From Octopus sinensis (taxonomy: Eukaryota): 64,000 nt of DNA. Within the stretch, counting starts at the first letter, position 1. Each line of letters begins with the position of its first letter. The stretch lies in assembly GCF_006345805.1 (NCBI RefSeq), contig NC_042998.1, positions 153,760,001 to 153,824,000 on the forward strand, in the 5' to 3' direction. Positions 62,690 through 64,000 of this stretch are shown here, piece by piece. The translations under genes and the position numbers were made by a program. The notes under the pieces were generated by a model that worked only from the letters and a program-made list of their open reading frames with translations, was not told the DNA's origin and searched no databases.

Positions 62690-62924
62690 CAAAATTTGTG
62701 CTTTGCTTGCTCATGGAAGATCAAAAGCAGTCACGACTGAATGTGTGTTGCAGATTTGAAAGAGATGAAGAAAAAAATGACAGAGGTGTTAAAAGGCTTC
62801 GGTTTGTAAGAATTCCAGCGCTGCTTCAACAGGAGAATACTTTGAATGCGGTAAGTGTAAACATGTAAAACTAAGTGAATAAAATAATATTACAAAATTC
62901 CAGTTTTCTTTTGGGTATCCCCTC

Positions 62925-62925
<1 letters not shown>
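62690..62925 (+). mobile_element. 3' end of a different mariner family
   Basis: Terminus GGGTATCCCCTCG resembles the TIR type of the 48656 MITE. Confidence 0.55.
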
Positions 62926-62967
<42 letters not shown>

Positions 62968-62999
62968 TAAATAAATGGACTGAAACAAGTAAAAGAGTA

Positions 63000-63345
63000 A
63001 TGGAATATAGCAAAGAACAGCTCCCTTTCTTAGATATATATATAAAAACTCAACAACCAAATTGTAACCAACTGGTTGAGAATTAATTTGTTATAACTTG
63101 TTCAGGTTGTGGACCTGACTATACAGGACAGATAAGTTCTGTAGACAAAGAACCACACTACATAAGGAACATATCTGCTTCCCAAAGTATAGACAGATAT
63201 CTTTGAGTGAACACATTGAAAGATGTGCAGGGTATCTCCAACCACATTTCACAGTTTTACCCCAGAAACAATTTCTGTACAAGAACCTTAAAGAAAATTT
63301 ATTTATTGAAAAATACAGAACATGCCTAAATATGAATGCATAACC
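63000..63345 (+). mobile_element. Penelope-like element fragment, internally deleted
   Basis: EYSKEQLPFLDIYIK (RT), then FVITCSGCGPDYTGQ and PKYRQISLSEHIERC (GIY-YIG region). Confidence 0.75.
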
Positions 63346-63685
63346 AGCTTTGGTCTCAGTATATATCTAAATTCATGATTACATATCCATCACTGTACAT
63401 ATTTCATCTCACAATAAGTTTTTGCGTGTTTATCCCATCCCCAAAATAAGCAATTACTTCCCCTGTCCCGAGTAATAACTATCACCAATTACCTCCCCTT
63501 AGATTTTTCTACTTGATTCACTCGCAAACTTTCATACAACATGGACTAAAATCTTCTTCAGAAAATAAGAAATTACAATAATTTTAATGTCATGATTAGC
63601 AAAAGTGAAACTAGTCGACAACCACAATACTCTTTCATTTAAAATATATTAAAACTATGTAAACTGTATGCATTTTCCTCCTATT

Positions 63686-63735
<50 letters not shown>

Positions 63736-64000
63736 ATATGCTAGCATGGGTTGGACGATTTTGACTGAGGGCTGGCGAACCAGATGGCTGCACCAGGCTC
63801 CAATCTTGATCTGGCAGAGTTTCTACAGCTGGATGCCCTTCCTAATGCCAACCACTCCGAGAGTGTAGTGGGTGCTTTTTACATGCCATCTGCACAGAGG
63901 CCAGTCAGGCTGTACTAGCAATGACCTCACTTGAATCTTTTTACACATGCTACTGGCACAGGTGCCAGTAAGGCGACGCTGGTAACGATCACGCTCGCAT

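Noticed and set aside
54095-64000. Upstream F-BAR exons (MSWG...; DQFD...; KYQPKK...)
   Set aside because: No matching translation with splice sites found by eye; presumed beyond the window, though a short exon could have been missed.

Overview
AT-rich, repeat-dense animal genomic DNA, most likely a coleoid cephalopod (Octopus-type SINE and RTE families, long (TA)n/(GAT)n tracts; inference). The only host gene visible is an F-BAR protein of the CIP4/FNBP1/FNBP1L(Toca-1) family on the minus strand. Six in-frame GT-AG coding exons lie between 54094 and 19428, covering most of the F-BAR domain and the following linker. I did not find the first exons or the HR1/SH3 exons, so most of the window is intron. 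The introns hold decayed elements: RTE, CR1-like, L1/Tx1-like, HERO-like and Penelope retroelements; mariner, maT, Tigger/pogo, piggyBac, Chapaev3-like and Helitron DNA elements; MITEs; tRNA-derived SINEs. The most notable structure is at 59.2-60.8 kb: a 363-bp tandem repeat in which each full unit carries a complete type I hammerhead ribozyme on the host gene's strand (retrozyme/Penelope pseudo-LTR-like). It is followed by an inverted copy starting at the predicted self-cleavage site, and by a second hammerhead family split by a retroposon insertion. Also noted: a TRIM-like miniature LTR element, several long intronic fold-backs, and candidate cassette/micro-exons. All alignments and structures were read by eye; no database searches or folding programs were run.
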